A stretch of DNA of 64,000 nt, from the IMG/VR virus record IMGVR_UViG_3300031820_000001, positions 50,931 through 114,930 of that record; one strand, 5' to 3'. The notes under the pieces are model-generated. The model had not been told where the DNA came from. It saw only the letters and a list, made by a program, of their open reading frames with translations, and ran no database searches. Shown in pieces: positions 27,497 to 36,109 of this stretch. Source of the stretch: a virus. Taxonomy: Duplodnaviria; Caudoviricetes. The position numbers and the translations under genes were made by a program. Numbering within the stretch: the stretch's first letter is position 1; each line of letters begins with the position of its first letter.

Positions 27497-28005
27497 ATCG
27501 AATCAGATTCGCCAAGAAGCTCGGGCTGAAGATCAAAGTCTACGACCACGATCGAACTTGGAGCCTGTACGACGGCAAGATTGTCCACATCAGCTCCGCT
27601 AACCATGAGCGCGACATCGACCATGAGATGGGCCACTTCATCGCCGCCACAAAGCGTGAGCGCACGAAGCCGGAGTGGGGCCTGGAGCGTGGACCAGACT
27701 ATCCAAACGACGAGATTTTGAAGGAGTTCAAGCTTCCTGACCTCGTCATCCGCCCGAACTACAGCGACAGGACCACCAAAGAGGATAAGCGCCAGGCGAA
27801 AAAAGAATCCACTGCATCCCTGTTCGGCATCGCAGTCACGTACCTCATCGGTGCAAAAGACGAATGGCGTGCGCATGCTGACAGCCATCAGTGGGACCGC
27901 TCAGGTACGGCATGTGATCTGTATTGCCTCATCGCCGATACTGAGCACTTCGACCTGAAGACTCGACTCACGAAAGCGCTTGCGCTGATAAGAAGCGTGC
28001 GATGA
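27493..28005 (+). CDS. hypothetical protein with HExxH motif
   Basis: DHEMGH; ATGA-coupled. Confidence 0.7.
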   Translation: MNRIRFAKKLGLKIKVYDHDRTWSLYDGKIVHISSANHERDIDHEMGHFIAATKRERTKPEWGLERGPDYPNDEILKEFKLPDLVIRPNYSDRTTKEDKRQAKKESTASLFGIAVTYLIGAKDEWRAHADSHQWDRSGTACDLYCLIADTEHFDLKTRLTKALALIRSVR

Positions 28006-28022
28006 ACAAAAAAAGGACTCAC

Positions 28023-29324
28023 ATGAACGGCAAGAAGACCATCCACATCATCTCCGGCGGCACGATTTCCCACATCGCAACGCACCTGGCGCTCTGCGCA
28101 CCCGCCTACGGCGGAACAGGGCGCTCGCTGATGAACCTGTGCCACACGTACTGCGAAGAGCTGGACGTCGTCATGCACGAGACGAAGATGGTCACGGGCA
28201 AGCAGCAGCAAGAGCGCCACGGGATCTGGTACGGCAGCAAGCTCGAAACCAACGATGACGTGGACCGACTGATCAGCCGCATCGTCGAAGACCTGTCGGT
28301 CAAGATCGTCTTCATGCCGGTGGCTCTGTGCGATTTCGAGGTCAATCGTATCGAATCAGACGCTGGCGTTCGTCCTGAGCCAATCGGTAAGAACGCACTG
28401 CGTCTGTCGACGCACGACAACATCCACGAGTACAAGCTGGTTCTCAAGGCGGCCGAGAAAATCATCAGGAAGGTCCGCGCCAAGCGTAAGGATATCTTCC
28501 TCGTCGGCTTCAAGACTACAGACGGAGTGGATGACCAAAAGCAGTATCTTGCCGGCCTGCACCTGCTCAAGGAGGCCAGCTGCAACCTCGTGCTCGCCAA
28601 CGACGTGAAGACCAAGCTGAACATGGTCATCACCCCGGAGGAAGCGCGCTACCACGTCACCACGGACCGCTACGAGGCGCTCAAGGGCCTCGTGGAGATG
28701 GCCAAGATGCGCTCCCACCTGACGTTCACGCGCAGCACCGTCGTGGCTGGCGAGCCTGTGCCGTGGAGTTCGGATATCGTGCCCAAGGCTCTACGCGAAG
28801 TCGTCGACCACTGTATCAAGCAGAACGCCTACAAGCCGTTCCGTGGCGCGACAGTCGGCCATTTCGCCGCCAAGCTGGCCCAGGACACGTTCATCACGTC
28901 ACAGCGCAAGACCAACTTCAACGACCTGGAGAAGATCGGCCTGGTCCGCATCAAGACCGACGGCCCGGACACCGTGCTCGCCTACGGCGCCAAGCCCTCT
29001 GTGGGCGGTCAGAGCCAGCGTATCGTGTTCTCGGAGCACCCGGAATACGACTGCATCGTCCACTTCCACTGCCCGCTGAAGCCGGAATCAAATGTTCCGA
29101 CAGTCTCGCAGCGCGAATATGAGTGCGGCAGCCATCAATGCGGCCAGAACACCAGCAACGGCCTCAAAAAGTACTGTGAGAACGGGCATACATTCAGTGC
29201 AGTCTTCCTGGATCAGCATGGTCCGAACATCGTATTCAACAGCAAGATCGATCCGCAAATCATCATCGAATTTATCAACCAGAACTTCGATCTGTCGGCC
29301 AAGACCGGAGGCTACGTATCGTGA
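28023..29324 (+). CDS. CoaB/Dfp-like domain fused to class II aldolase-like domain
   Basis: IISGGT...GGTG, VALCDF, FLVGFK, LVLAND; C-terminal PSV, IVHFH, HGP; alternative start 28002. Confidence 0.7.
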   Translation: MNGKKTIHIISGGTISHIATHLALCAPAYGGTGRSLMNLCHTYCEELDVVMHETKMVTGKQQQERHGIWYGSKLETNDDVDRLISRIVEDLSVKIVFMPVALCDFEVNRIESDAGVRPEPIGKNALRLSTHDNIHEYKLVLKAAEKIIRKVRAKRKDIFLVGFKTTDGVDDQKQYLAGLHLLKEASCNLVLANDVKTKLNMVITPEEARYHVTTDRYEALKGLVEMAKMRSHLTFTRSTVVAGEPVPWSSDIVPKALREVVDHCIKQNAYKPFRGATVGHFAAKLAQDTFITSQRKTNFNDLEKIGLVRIKTDGPDTVLAYGAKPSVGGQSQRIVFSEHPEYDCIVHFHCPLKPESNVPTVSQREYECGSHQCGQNTSNGLKKYCENGHTFSAVFLDQHGPNIVFNSKIDPQIIIEFINQNFDLSAKTGGYVS

Positions 29325-29629
29325 GATGGACGGCGTTCTTCTGGGACGCGAACCAGTTCTTCGGAAAGATCGATAGCGTCGAGAAATTCCAAGAGCTGCT
29401 CAGCTACTACGACATCGAGCGCGTCTGCGACGCCAAGATGGCCCCGGTTATGGAAATCGATGAGCTGCCGCCCAACTACTTCTTCGGCACGCCAGGCGTC
29501 ACCAATGGCGAGCTGCGTAGCTTCGGCTACCGGCGCGAGCACATCCCCGGTACCGTGCGCCTGGAAGACTGGGCAAAGACCCGTGGGATGGACCTGCGCA
29601 AGCTCGCCGAGAGGAAGCCAGAGGCGTAA
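29321..29629 (+). CDS. hypothetical protein
   Basis: GGAGG RBS, GTGA-coupled. Confidence 0.7.
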   Translation: MRWTAFFWDANQFFGKIDSVEKFQELLSYYDIERVCDAKMAPVMEIDELPPNYFFGTPGVTNGELRSFGYRREHIPGTVRLEDWAKTRGMDLRKLAERKPEA

Positions 29630-29889
29630 TGGGCTACACGATGGGCGACTTCCGAGCCGAGATGCGGAAGAGAGGTGTCAGCAAGCGTGGCTTCGAAAAG
29701 GGCTACCTGCGCAAGGAAAAGCCCAAGCCCAAGCCGAAGCCAGCTCCCAAGCCGAGGAAGCCCAAGGAATTCGTCCCGTGTAATATCCACCGGCTTCACA
29801 TCGTGCGCGTACATGCGGACGGTTCACGAAGCGGCTGTCCGATGTGCGATGCGATGATCGAAGACCTATGTCGAATCCAGTTTCAGTAA
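29629..29889 (+). CDS. basic hypothetical protein with KP-rich linker
   Basis: TAATG coupling; C..H...CPMC. Confidence 0.65.
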   Translation: MGYTMGDFRAEMRKRGVSKRGFEKGYLRKEKPKPKPKPAPKPRKPKEFVPCNIHRLHIVRVHADGSRSGCPMCDAMIEDLCRIQFQ

Positions 29890-30242
29890 CCTGCTACATC
29901 CCAGGCCCCGATGGACTTGTCCTCGGGGTTTCCCGTCGTGGTCGCCCCACGGAATTCGGTCTGCCCGGCGGCAAGGTCGATCCCGGAGAGACCTTCGAGC
30001 AAGCCGTCGTTCGTGAGCTGAAAGAGGAAACCGGCCTGACGCTCGCCAATCCGAGGCTGATCTACAGCGACATGTGTCCAGGCGAAGTCACGTACCGCAA
30101 CCACGTGTTCAAGGGTGACATCTCGGGCGAGATCAAGCCCGAGGAAGGACTCACCGTTAAGATGGTGACTTGGGAAACCCTGTTCGCTGGACCGTTCGGC
30201 GAATACAACAAGCGGTTTCACGCCAGCCTGAATGTCGGCTGA
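29868..30242 (+). CDS. Nudix hydrolase
   Basis: Nudix box GGKVDPGETFEQAVVRELKEETGL. Confidence 0.93.
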   Translation: MSNPVSVTCYIPGPDGLVLGVSRRGRPTEFGLPGGKVDPGETFEQAVVRELKEETGLTLANPRLIYSDMCPGEVTYRNHVFKGDISGEIKPEEGLTVKMVTWETLFAGPFGEYNKRFHASLNVG

Positions 30243-30591
30243 CCCAAGGCCATTAAAAGAGGTCGTTCGTGACCTCTTCGTCAAATCCAAAGAGCTAAAC
30301 GCTATGGATGACCGCATCTCGAAGGCCATCTCAGAGCTGGAACGCCGGCTGAGAGACCACCGCATCGAGCGTGTGTTGAGCGCTCGCCTGCCAGACGGCG
30401 CCGACCTGGGCTGGAGCTACAACCGCCGCAACCGGCTGTGGCGGTTCGTTATCCGCACCGAGGAAGACGCCTGGGATCTTCTTTCCTGTTCCCGTGAAGA
30501 ACGGTCTGAAGTATTCACCTGTGGCGCGATGGAGAAAATCATCGCGCAAGCGCTTGCGTACAAAAAGGAAGCTCGCCGTGTTGTTCGATGA
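30232..30591 (+). CDS. hypothetical protein
   Basis: ORF in chain. Confidence 0.7.
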   Translation: MSADPRPLKEVVRDLFVKSKELNAMDDRISKAISELERRLRDHRIERVLSARLPDGADLGWSYNRRNRLWRFVIRTEEDAWDLLSCSREERSEVFTCGAMEKIIAQALAYKKEARRVVR

Positions 30592-30973
30592 CCTAGATCG
30601 TGCCGTTCGTGAATGGCTTTACGCACGAGAGATGATGCGCCGGCTCGGATTCGCACCCGAGGAAATATTCTTTGTCGTCAACCCGCCCGGCAAGGTGATG
30701 ATCGAGAACGGCACGGTCGTCACCACTGACAAATTCACCATCGTATTGAGGGTAGAAGCGCAGGGCCTCGAATTCAATTGGACTATCGGAGAGACCGAAG
30801 TTCCAGACCAGTTGCTCGAAGCTCACTTCGAGAAAGCATGCGAAGACTGGAATCGCGCATGCGACACCCCGGAACTGGACAGTGTTTTCAAGGCGTCAGA
30901 TCCGTGGTTCCGGCGCGTCGGTTTAGTTCAGGCTCTACATTCAAAAGGCTTCGTGATAAGAGCCTGGAACTAA
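30578..30973 (+). CDS. hypothetical protein
   Basis: GTG start after AAGGA. Confidence 0.65.
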   Translation: MLFDDLDRAVREWLYAREMMRRLGFAPEEIFFVVNPPGKVMIENGTVVTTDKFTIVLRVEAQGLEFNWTIGETEVPDQLLEAHFEKACEDWNRACDTPELDSVFKASDPWFRRVGLVQALHSKGFVIRAWN

Positions 30974-30974
30974 G

Positions 30975-31172
30975 ATGGCGAAGCGTAAGTGGGCAATCCA
31001 AGAAGGCAAAAAGAAGAACTATTTCAGGTTCATGACCGGCATCGGTCCATGCTTCGGCGGCACCAAGAAGACAGCGATGACCTTCCCGACGAAGCTCGAA
31101 GCTGAGTGTCAGATCAACGACTTCCCGGTGTTCGCATCGGTCATGTGCAAGGCTGTTAAGCTCAGCGGATGA
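30975..31172 (+). CDS. hypothetical protein
   Basis: ORF in chain. Confidence 0.6.
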   Translation: MAKRKWAIQEGKKKNYFRFMTGIGPCFGGTKKTAMTFPTKLEAECQINDFPVFASVMCKAVKLSG

Positions 31173-31366
31173 GCACGACCGAAGGCAATAGTCTGCTGGA
31201 GATGCTCCGTTGGGACGTTGATCAATGCGTCACCAACCCGTTCGGCGAAAAGGTCTGGCTCAAGGCCTGTTTCGACGACCGAGGAAACCGCATCGGCATA
31301 ACCGACTGCTGCCTTGCAAATGAACCGTGCGAGCACCACGCTAAGGTCGCTCAGGGGACAAAATGA
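31169..31366 (+). CDS. hypothetical protein
   Basis: ATGA-coupled. Confidence 0.65.
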   Translation: MSTTEGNSLLEMLRWDVDQCVTNPFGEKVWLKACFDDRGNRIGITDCCLANEPCEHHAKVAQGTK

Positions 31367-31554
31367 CGGACGTTGAACAAGAACAAATCGTCGTGCGGTT
31401 CGGCAACCTCCTGCGTTCCGTCCCGCACCGAAGCTACTGTCCTCGTACCAACGGAACCAGCCACCGCTGCTCCTGTGACATCGGCCAAGCAGCCATGAAG
31501 GTCTTCAACGAGTTCCAGTCTCTCATCGTCCTCGCCAAAGGAAGTGGCTCGTGA
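31363..31554 (+). CDS. hypothetical protein
   Basis: ATGA-coupled. Confidence 0.6.
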   Translation: MTDVEQEQIVVRFGNLLRSVPHRSYCPRTNGTSHRCSCDIGQAAMKVFNEFQSLIVLAKGSGS

Positions 31555-31754
31555 CGCACATGCCAGGAATCCCGGTCAAGTTTGACGAACCGGACGATTG
31601 GAAGCCGTGCATCGCTACATGGCGCTGCCGCAGCTGCAAGGGCAAGAACGGCAAGTACCGCACGCACACGTCGTCCTGCGGAAGCTGGGATGACGACGAG
31701 GTGAAGTGCGACGATTGCGGCCACACGTACTGGCACGAAGGAATTGATTCATGA
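31551..31754 (+). CDS. small Zn-ribbon protein
   Basis: CRSC...CDDC. Confidence 0.65.
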   Translation: MTHMPGIPVKFDEPDDWKPCIATWRCRSCKGKNGKYRTHTSSCGSWDDDEVKCDDCGHTYWHEGIDS

Positions 31755-31813
31755 ACGTCATCATCATTCTCATCGAGATCCTCATCGCCATCGTCGAGCT
31801 GCTGAAGGACTGA
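31751..31813 (+). CDS. 20-aa hydrophobic peptide
   Basis: MNVIIILIEILIAIVELLKD; AAGGA RBS, ATGA-coupled, fills the gap. Confidence 0.6.
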   Translation: MNVIIILIEILIAIVELLKD

Positions 31814-31814
31814 A

Positions 31815-32060
31815 ATGATCGCCTACCATCCAGATCCGGCAATCAACGTCGAGGTTCGTCTTGACGTCATCGAAGCCGAGAAGCACGATTTGGCAGCTGG
31901 ATATCCTCCACGGCGCTGGACCTGTGAATGCGGCGCCAGCCACTCGCGTGGCCATTTCCCCATTGGGAACATCGGTAGCCATCGCTGCCTGAAGTGTGGT
32001 TACGTCGGCTTCGGCGGCGTCATGTGGGACCCGCTGACGGAGGATCCACCCAATGCATGA
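31815..32060 (+). CDS. small Zn-finger protein
   Basis: CECG...CLKCG. Confidence 0.65.
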   Translation: MIAYHPDPAINVEVRLDVIEAEKHDLAAGYPPRRWTCECGASHSRGHFPIGNIGSHRCLKCGYVGFGGVMWDPLTEDPPNA

Positions 32061-32349
32061 CTTCGACGAAGCCGTAGATCCAATTCCGCTGGCCAAGAAG
32101 CTGCTCACGAACGGCGGCAAGGCGCTGCCCGACGAAGTTCAGTTCCTCTGTCGCGCGCTCCTCTTCGCCCACCACAAGGTCGGCCAGCTCTACAACCACA
32201 TCGAAAAGAGCCCACTGGGCCCCAGGAAGCTGTGCGACGTTGCTAATGCGGCCAACGCATACGTCAAGAAGCACGGCACGCACGACTCACCGGAAGGTCT
32301 CGCCCTGGTTGAGGCTGTAGACGCTGCCTGGAGAAACGATAATGCCTAA
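32053..32349 (+). CDS. hypothetical protein
   Basis: GGAGG RBS. Confidence 0.7.
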   Translation: MHDFDEAVDPIPLAKKLLTNGGKALPDEVQFLCRALLFAHHKVGQLYNHIEKSPLGPRKLCDVANAANAYVKKHGTHDSPEGLALVEAVDAAWRNDNA

Positions 32350-32548
32350 GATCGCTGTGCCGCCCAAACCAAAACGGGTGAAGTGCAACGAGTGCGGCGC
32401 CATCATCGAATACTTCCCGGAAGAGCTAAAGGAGCGTCGCTGGACTGATTACGGCGGCGGCGGAAACTATGAAGCGTACATCCCGTGCCCGCGTAGGGGT
32501 AAAGGCAACAAGAAATGCCCCGGCGAAGGCATCGTCGAATCAATCTAG
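32342..32548 (+). CDS. small Zn-ribbon protein
   Basis: CNECG...CP. Confidence 0.65.
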   Translation: MPKIAVPPKPKRVKCNECGAIIEYFPEELKERRWTDYGGGGNYEAYIPCPRRGKGNKKCPGEGIVESI

Positions 32549-32679
32549 GCTCTGGGAATTGGTTCAGAAGTTCGTAGACGACAATCAGGTCAGCTGCGAG
32601 GAATCAGTCTTCCAAGTTGACAGCATCCAGGAAAACGCTCTGGAGTTCGTGGCGAAATGCTGTAAGCTCGTTGGGTTTT

Positions 32680-32904
32680 ATGAGCATGACGCCTGACCAG
32701 TTCGCTGAAGCGATGGGCGCTGAAAACCTTGGAACGTTTCCAGAAATCGTTTCCAAGCTGACGCCTGACGAGCGTGTCATGTGCGCCCGCGACTTCGAGG
32801 TGGCCGTGTCCACGGTCGACCGCTGGGCCAATGACACCGCCAAGCCTCATCCCGTCCTGAAGTGGCAGGTAGTACGCTGGGTCATGAGGCTGAAAAAATC
32901 CTGA
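32680..32904 (+). CDS. HTH-like protein
   Basis: CARDFEVAVSTVDRWANDTAKP. Confidence 0.6.
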   Translation: MSMTPDQFAEAMGAENLGTFPEIVSKLTPDERVMCARDFEVAVSTVDRWANDTAKPHPVLKWQVVRWVMRLKKS

Positions 32905-32920
32905 ACTTGGGATGTAGTTA
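32891..32920 (+). promoter_or_regulatory. ECF-like leaderless promoter
   Basis: TGAAA-N17-TGTAGTTA-5nt-ATG 32926. Confidence 0.8.
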
Positions 32921-32925
32921 CGGAC

Positions 32926-34983
32926 ATGGGCGTCACGGCTGTCAACGGTCTCTGGATTGCCAACTATCCCTACGACCAGCGCAACGTTCCTAAGGAAGCG
33001 GGCTTCTGGTGGCACGGTGGTGGCTGCCGCCCGGACTGCAAGGCTTGCGAAGCCGGGCTGAAGCTCAAGGTCTGGTGGACGCCGAAGTCCGAATGTGCGG
33101 CCCGTCTGGAATCCCAGTGCGACGACGCCGCCAAGGCGCTGCTTGATCCGCACCTGACCACGGTCCGAGCCTCAAAGGCAACGGACGCCGACATCGAGCT
33201 GCCGTGCCCAGAAGGCCTTGCGTACCTGCCCTACCAGAAGGGCGGTATTGCGTATGCGATGGGGCGTTCGAATACCCTCATCGGCGACGAGATGGGTCTG
33301 GGCAAGACGATTCAGGCCCTGGGCTACGTCAATGCCATGCAGGAAATCAAGACCGCACTTGTGATCTGCCCTGCCTCGCTGAAGCTCAACTGGGAGCGTG
33401 AGTCCGAGAAATGGCTGCTCCGCAAGTTCAAGATGCACGTGGTTGATGGCATCGATGACGACGTCCCTGAGGATGCAACGCTCGTCTTCGTGAACTACGA
33501 CCTGATTCGCGGCAAGAAGATCGACGACCCCGACTTCATCCCGCTGCCGAACGTCAAGACCCCAAAGACGGTTCAGTCCTCGCACGTCCATGCACAGCTG
33601 ATGAAGCGCCAGTGGGATGTCCTCGTGGTCGACGAGTGCCACCGGATCAAGGATCCGAAGTCGCTCCAGGCCATCGCCATCCTCGGCCGTGCGGCTGCTC
33701 CCAAGAAGTACGAGAAGCAGATCTTGGGTCTTCAGCACAAGGCAGCCCGGAACCTCTTCCTGACCGGCACCCCGTTCCTCAACAAGCCGGTCGAGATGCA
33801 CCCGCTGCTCGCTGCCCTCGCTCCTGCCGAGTTCGGCAACTTCTTCAAGTTCGCCAAGCGCTACTGCGGCGCCCACCAAGGTCCGTTCGCCTGGGATTTC
33901 TCGGGCGCTTCGAACCTAGAGGAGCTGCAAGAGCGCCTGCGCGCGACCATCATGGTCCGCCGCCTCAAGAAGGAAGTGCTCAAAGAGCTGCCGCCCAAGC
34001 GCAGGCAGATCCTCCTCCTGCCCGCCGATGGAGCCAAGAAGCTCATCAAGGCAGAGCAAGACGCGTGGAAGATCCACGAAGAGCGCATGGCAGAGCTGCA
34101 GAACGAGCTGGACTTCGCCCATGCCTCTGGCGACAAGGAGGCCTACAAGAAGGTCGTCGAACAGCTCAAGCAAGCTCAGAAGGTTGGCTTCGAGGCCACC
34201 TCGCTTGCTCGCAAGGCCCTGGCCATGGCGAAGCTGCCTAAGGTCATCGAGCACGTCGAGGATGCCTTTGAGCAGGGCATCGACAAGATCGTCCTGTTCT
34301 GCTGGCACCACGACGTCGCCAACACCCTCGCCAACCACTTCGGGGCCGCTGCCGTCAAGCTGACCGGCGAGGTGACGTCTTCCAAGGAGCGCCAGGAGGC
34401 CGTAGATCGCTTCCAGAACGACCCCACGGTCAAGCTGTTCATCGGGTCCATCGGCGCTGCCGGCGTCGGCCACACGCTTACGGCGGCCTCTACGGTCATC
34501 TTCGCAGAGCTGGACTGGGTTCCGGCCAACATCAACCAGGCTGAGGACCGCTGCCACCGCATCGGCCAGCACAACCAGGTGCTCGTTCAGCATCTGGTGC
34601 TCGACGGCTCGCTTGATGCCCGCATGACCCAGCTTCTAGTCGAGAAGCAGGAGATCGCCGACAAGGCCCTGGACCGGGATACGGAAATCGAAGTCGAAGC
34701 TCCGACCCAATCTCGTCGCCCCGGATCGTACCCAACTGCCACCCCCGAGAAGCGCGCAGCTGCCCACAAGGCAGTTCAGATGCTCGCCCTCATGTGCGAC
34801 GGCGCCAGGCTGCTCGACGGCGCCGGCTTCAACAAGATTGACTCGCCGATCGGCAAGCGGCTCGCCGCCCTGGAGACCCTCAGCGACGGTCAGGTGTGGC
34901 TGGCCACGAACTTCGCCCGCAAATACCAGCGTCAGCTGCCAGACTCGGTGCTAGTTCCCCTCGGACTTTCCAGTCCGTTTTAG
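32926..34983 (+). CDS. SNF2-family helicase (SMARCAL1/HARP-like)
   Basis: GDEMGLGKT, DECH, LTGTP, QAEDRCHRIGQ. Confidence 0.95.
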   Translation: MGVTAVNGLWIANYPYDQRNVPKEAGFWWHGGGCRPDCKACEAGLKLKVWWTPKSECAARLESQCDDAAKALLDPHLTTVRASKATDADIELPCPEGLAYLPYQKGGIAYAMGRSNTLIGDEMGLGKTIQALGYVNAMQEIKTALVICPASLKLNWERESEKWLLRKFKMHVVDGIDDDVPEDATLVFVNYDLIRGKKIDDPDFIPLPNVKTPKTVQSSHVHAQLMKRQWDVLVVDECHRIKDPKSLQAIAILGRAAAPKKYEKQILGLQHKAARNLFLTGTPFLNKPVEMHPLLAALAPAEFGNFFKFAKRYCGAHQGPFAWDFSGASNLEELQERLRATIMVRRLKKEVLKELPPKRRQILLLPADGAKKLIKAEQDAWKIHEERMAELQNELDFAHASGDKEAYKKVVEQLKQAQKVGFEATSLARKALAMAKLPKVIEHVEDAFEQGIDKIVLFCWHHDVANTLANHFGAAAVKLTGEVTSSKERQEAVDRFQNDPTVKLFIGSIGAAGVGHTLTAASTVIFAELDWVPANINQAEDRCHRIGQHNQVLVQHLVLDGSLDARMTQLLVEKQEIADKALDRDTEIEVEAPTQSRRPGSYPTATPEKRAAAHKAVQMLALMCDGARLLDGAGFNKIDSPIGKRLAALETLSDGQVWLATNFARKYQRQLPDSVLVPLGLSSPF

Positions 34984-35151
34984 CAGCTGCTCGACGGTCT
35001 CCTCCAGCTGACAGTGCTCGCAGTCTTGCTCGCCGGCCGGCTGGGAGTACGGCTCCGTGTTCTGCGCGTGATGCACGTGCCCGCAATCAAGCTTGTGAAA
35101 CAGGGCTCCGTCGACAAGGATTTCATCAACAAATTTGCGTAGTACCGCCAT
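34951..35151 (-). CDS. small Zn-binding protein
   Basis: LDCGH...CEHC. Confidence 0.6.
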   Translation of the reverse strand: MAVLRKFVDEILVDGALFHKLDCGHVHHAQNTEPYSQPAGEQDCEHCQLEETVEQLLKRTGKSEGN

Positions 35152-35235
35152 AACGACTGAAGATGGTCACTTTTTTCGGTAACGCCAGCAATTTCTCAGC
35201 TCCTAAAGCACAGAAGGTGGACATAGGAGAATGAG

Positions 35236-35442
35236 ATGACGAACCAGAACATTGAACGCCTCATCAGCGTGACCCGGCTGCTTCAGTCTATTCAGCACGA
35301 TATGGACGTGTCAGCCCACAAATGCGAAGCCTGCGGCCTGACCGTGCGGCACAACATGGACGAGCACTCGATGGCGGCACAAATCGAGGGCATGCGAAAC
35401 AAAGTCAATCGGTGGATCAAGACTGCGCAGGGTCGCGAGTAG
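35236..35442 (+). CDS. small Zn-ribbon protein
   Basis: AGGAG RBS; CEAC. Confidence 0.7.
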   Translation: MTNQNIERLISVTRLLQSIQHDMDVSAHKCEACGLTVRHNMDEHSMAAQIEGMRNKVNRWIKTAQGRE

Positions 35443-36109
35443 CTGGAAGCTGGAGCCGAAGCTCAGCTAGTAGCTTCTTCGCCTCTGGAGCCGGACCAAA
35501 CATCTTGGATTCGACTAGGGCGCTCATGAACTTCGGCGTCACCGTATACGAGGCGAGCTTGTTGATGTCCTTCGCCAGCAGGGCTTCGTGCATCGCTCCA
35601 ACGATCGGACGAATCAGACCCATGAAATCAGGATGCGCCCGCATCGTGGCGAAGTGATCGGTTGGGATGGTTCCCGTCGTGTACAGGTAGTTCTGCGCAC
35701 GCTGGATTAGCTCCAGGCACCATTCCTCGCGCTGGATGGCCTGAAAGGCTTCATGCTCATCCATGCCGGCGTACTTGACGTATGGCTCGATCGTCTTGAG
35801 AACCGAATCGATGAATTCGACTTCGCGAACCGCCTCATCCACGCAAGCGCTTACGTGCTCCGCCGACGATTCGATCTCGTAGATGGTCGCCTCAGCTTCT
35901 AGCCGATCAGCTTCATCGGGTGCCGTTTCGAGCTGCTTCTTAGCCCTCAGCAACTGAGCCTGTCGGCGAAGACCCGACGCTTTCGAGGCATCAAGAGCCT
36001 GCTTCCGCTCCTCGCGCAGCAGCAGCAGCTTCCGCTTGGCCTCGTCTGCCGTGTGACACTTACCAACGATGAATGCGACAACCTGAAAGCTTGAGTTCTT
36101 CCAATGCAT
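35417..36109 (-). CDS. coiled-coil phage protein coupled to virion-type gene
   Basis: NSSFQVVAFIVGKCHTAD...TMRAHPDF; TGATG coupling. Confidence 0.8.
   Translation of the reverse strand: MHWKNSSFQVVAFIVGKCHTADEAKRKLLLLREERKQALDASKASGLRRQAQLLRAKKQLETAPDEADRLEAEATIYEIESSAEHVSACVDEAVREVEFIDSVLKTIEPYVKYAGMDEHEAFQAIQREEWCLELIQRAQNYLYTTGTIPTDHFATMRAHPDFMGLIRPIVGAMHEALLAKDINKLASYTVTPKFMSALVESKMFGPAPEAKKLLAELRLQLPATRDPAQS

Noticed and set aside
29716-29766. AAGCCC/AAGCCG tandem repeats
   Set aside because: Simply encodes a KPKPKP low-complexity linker.
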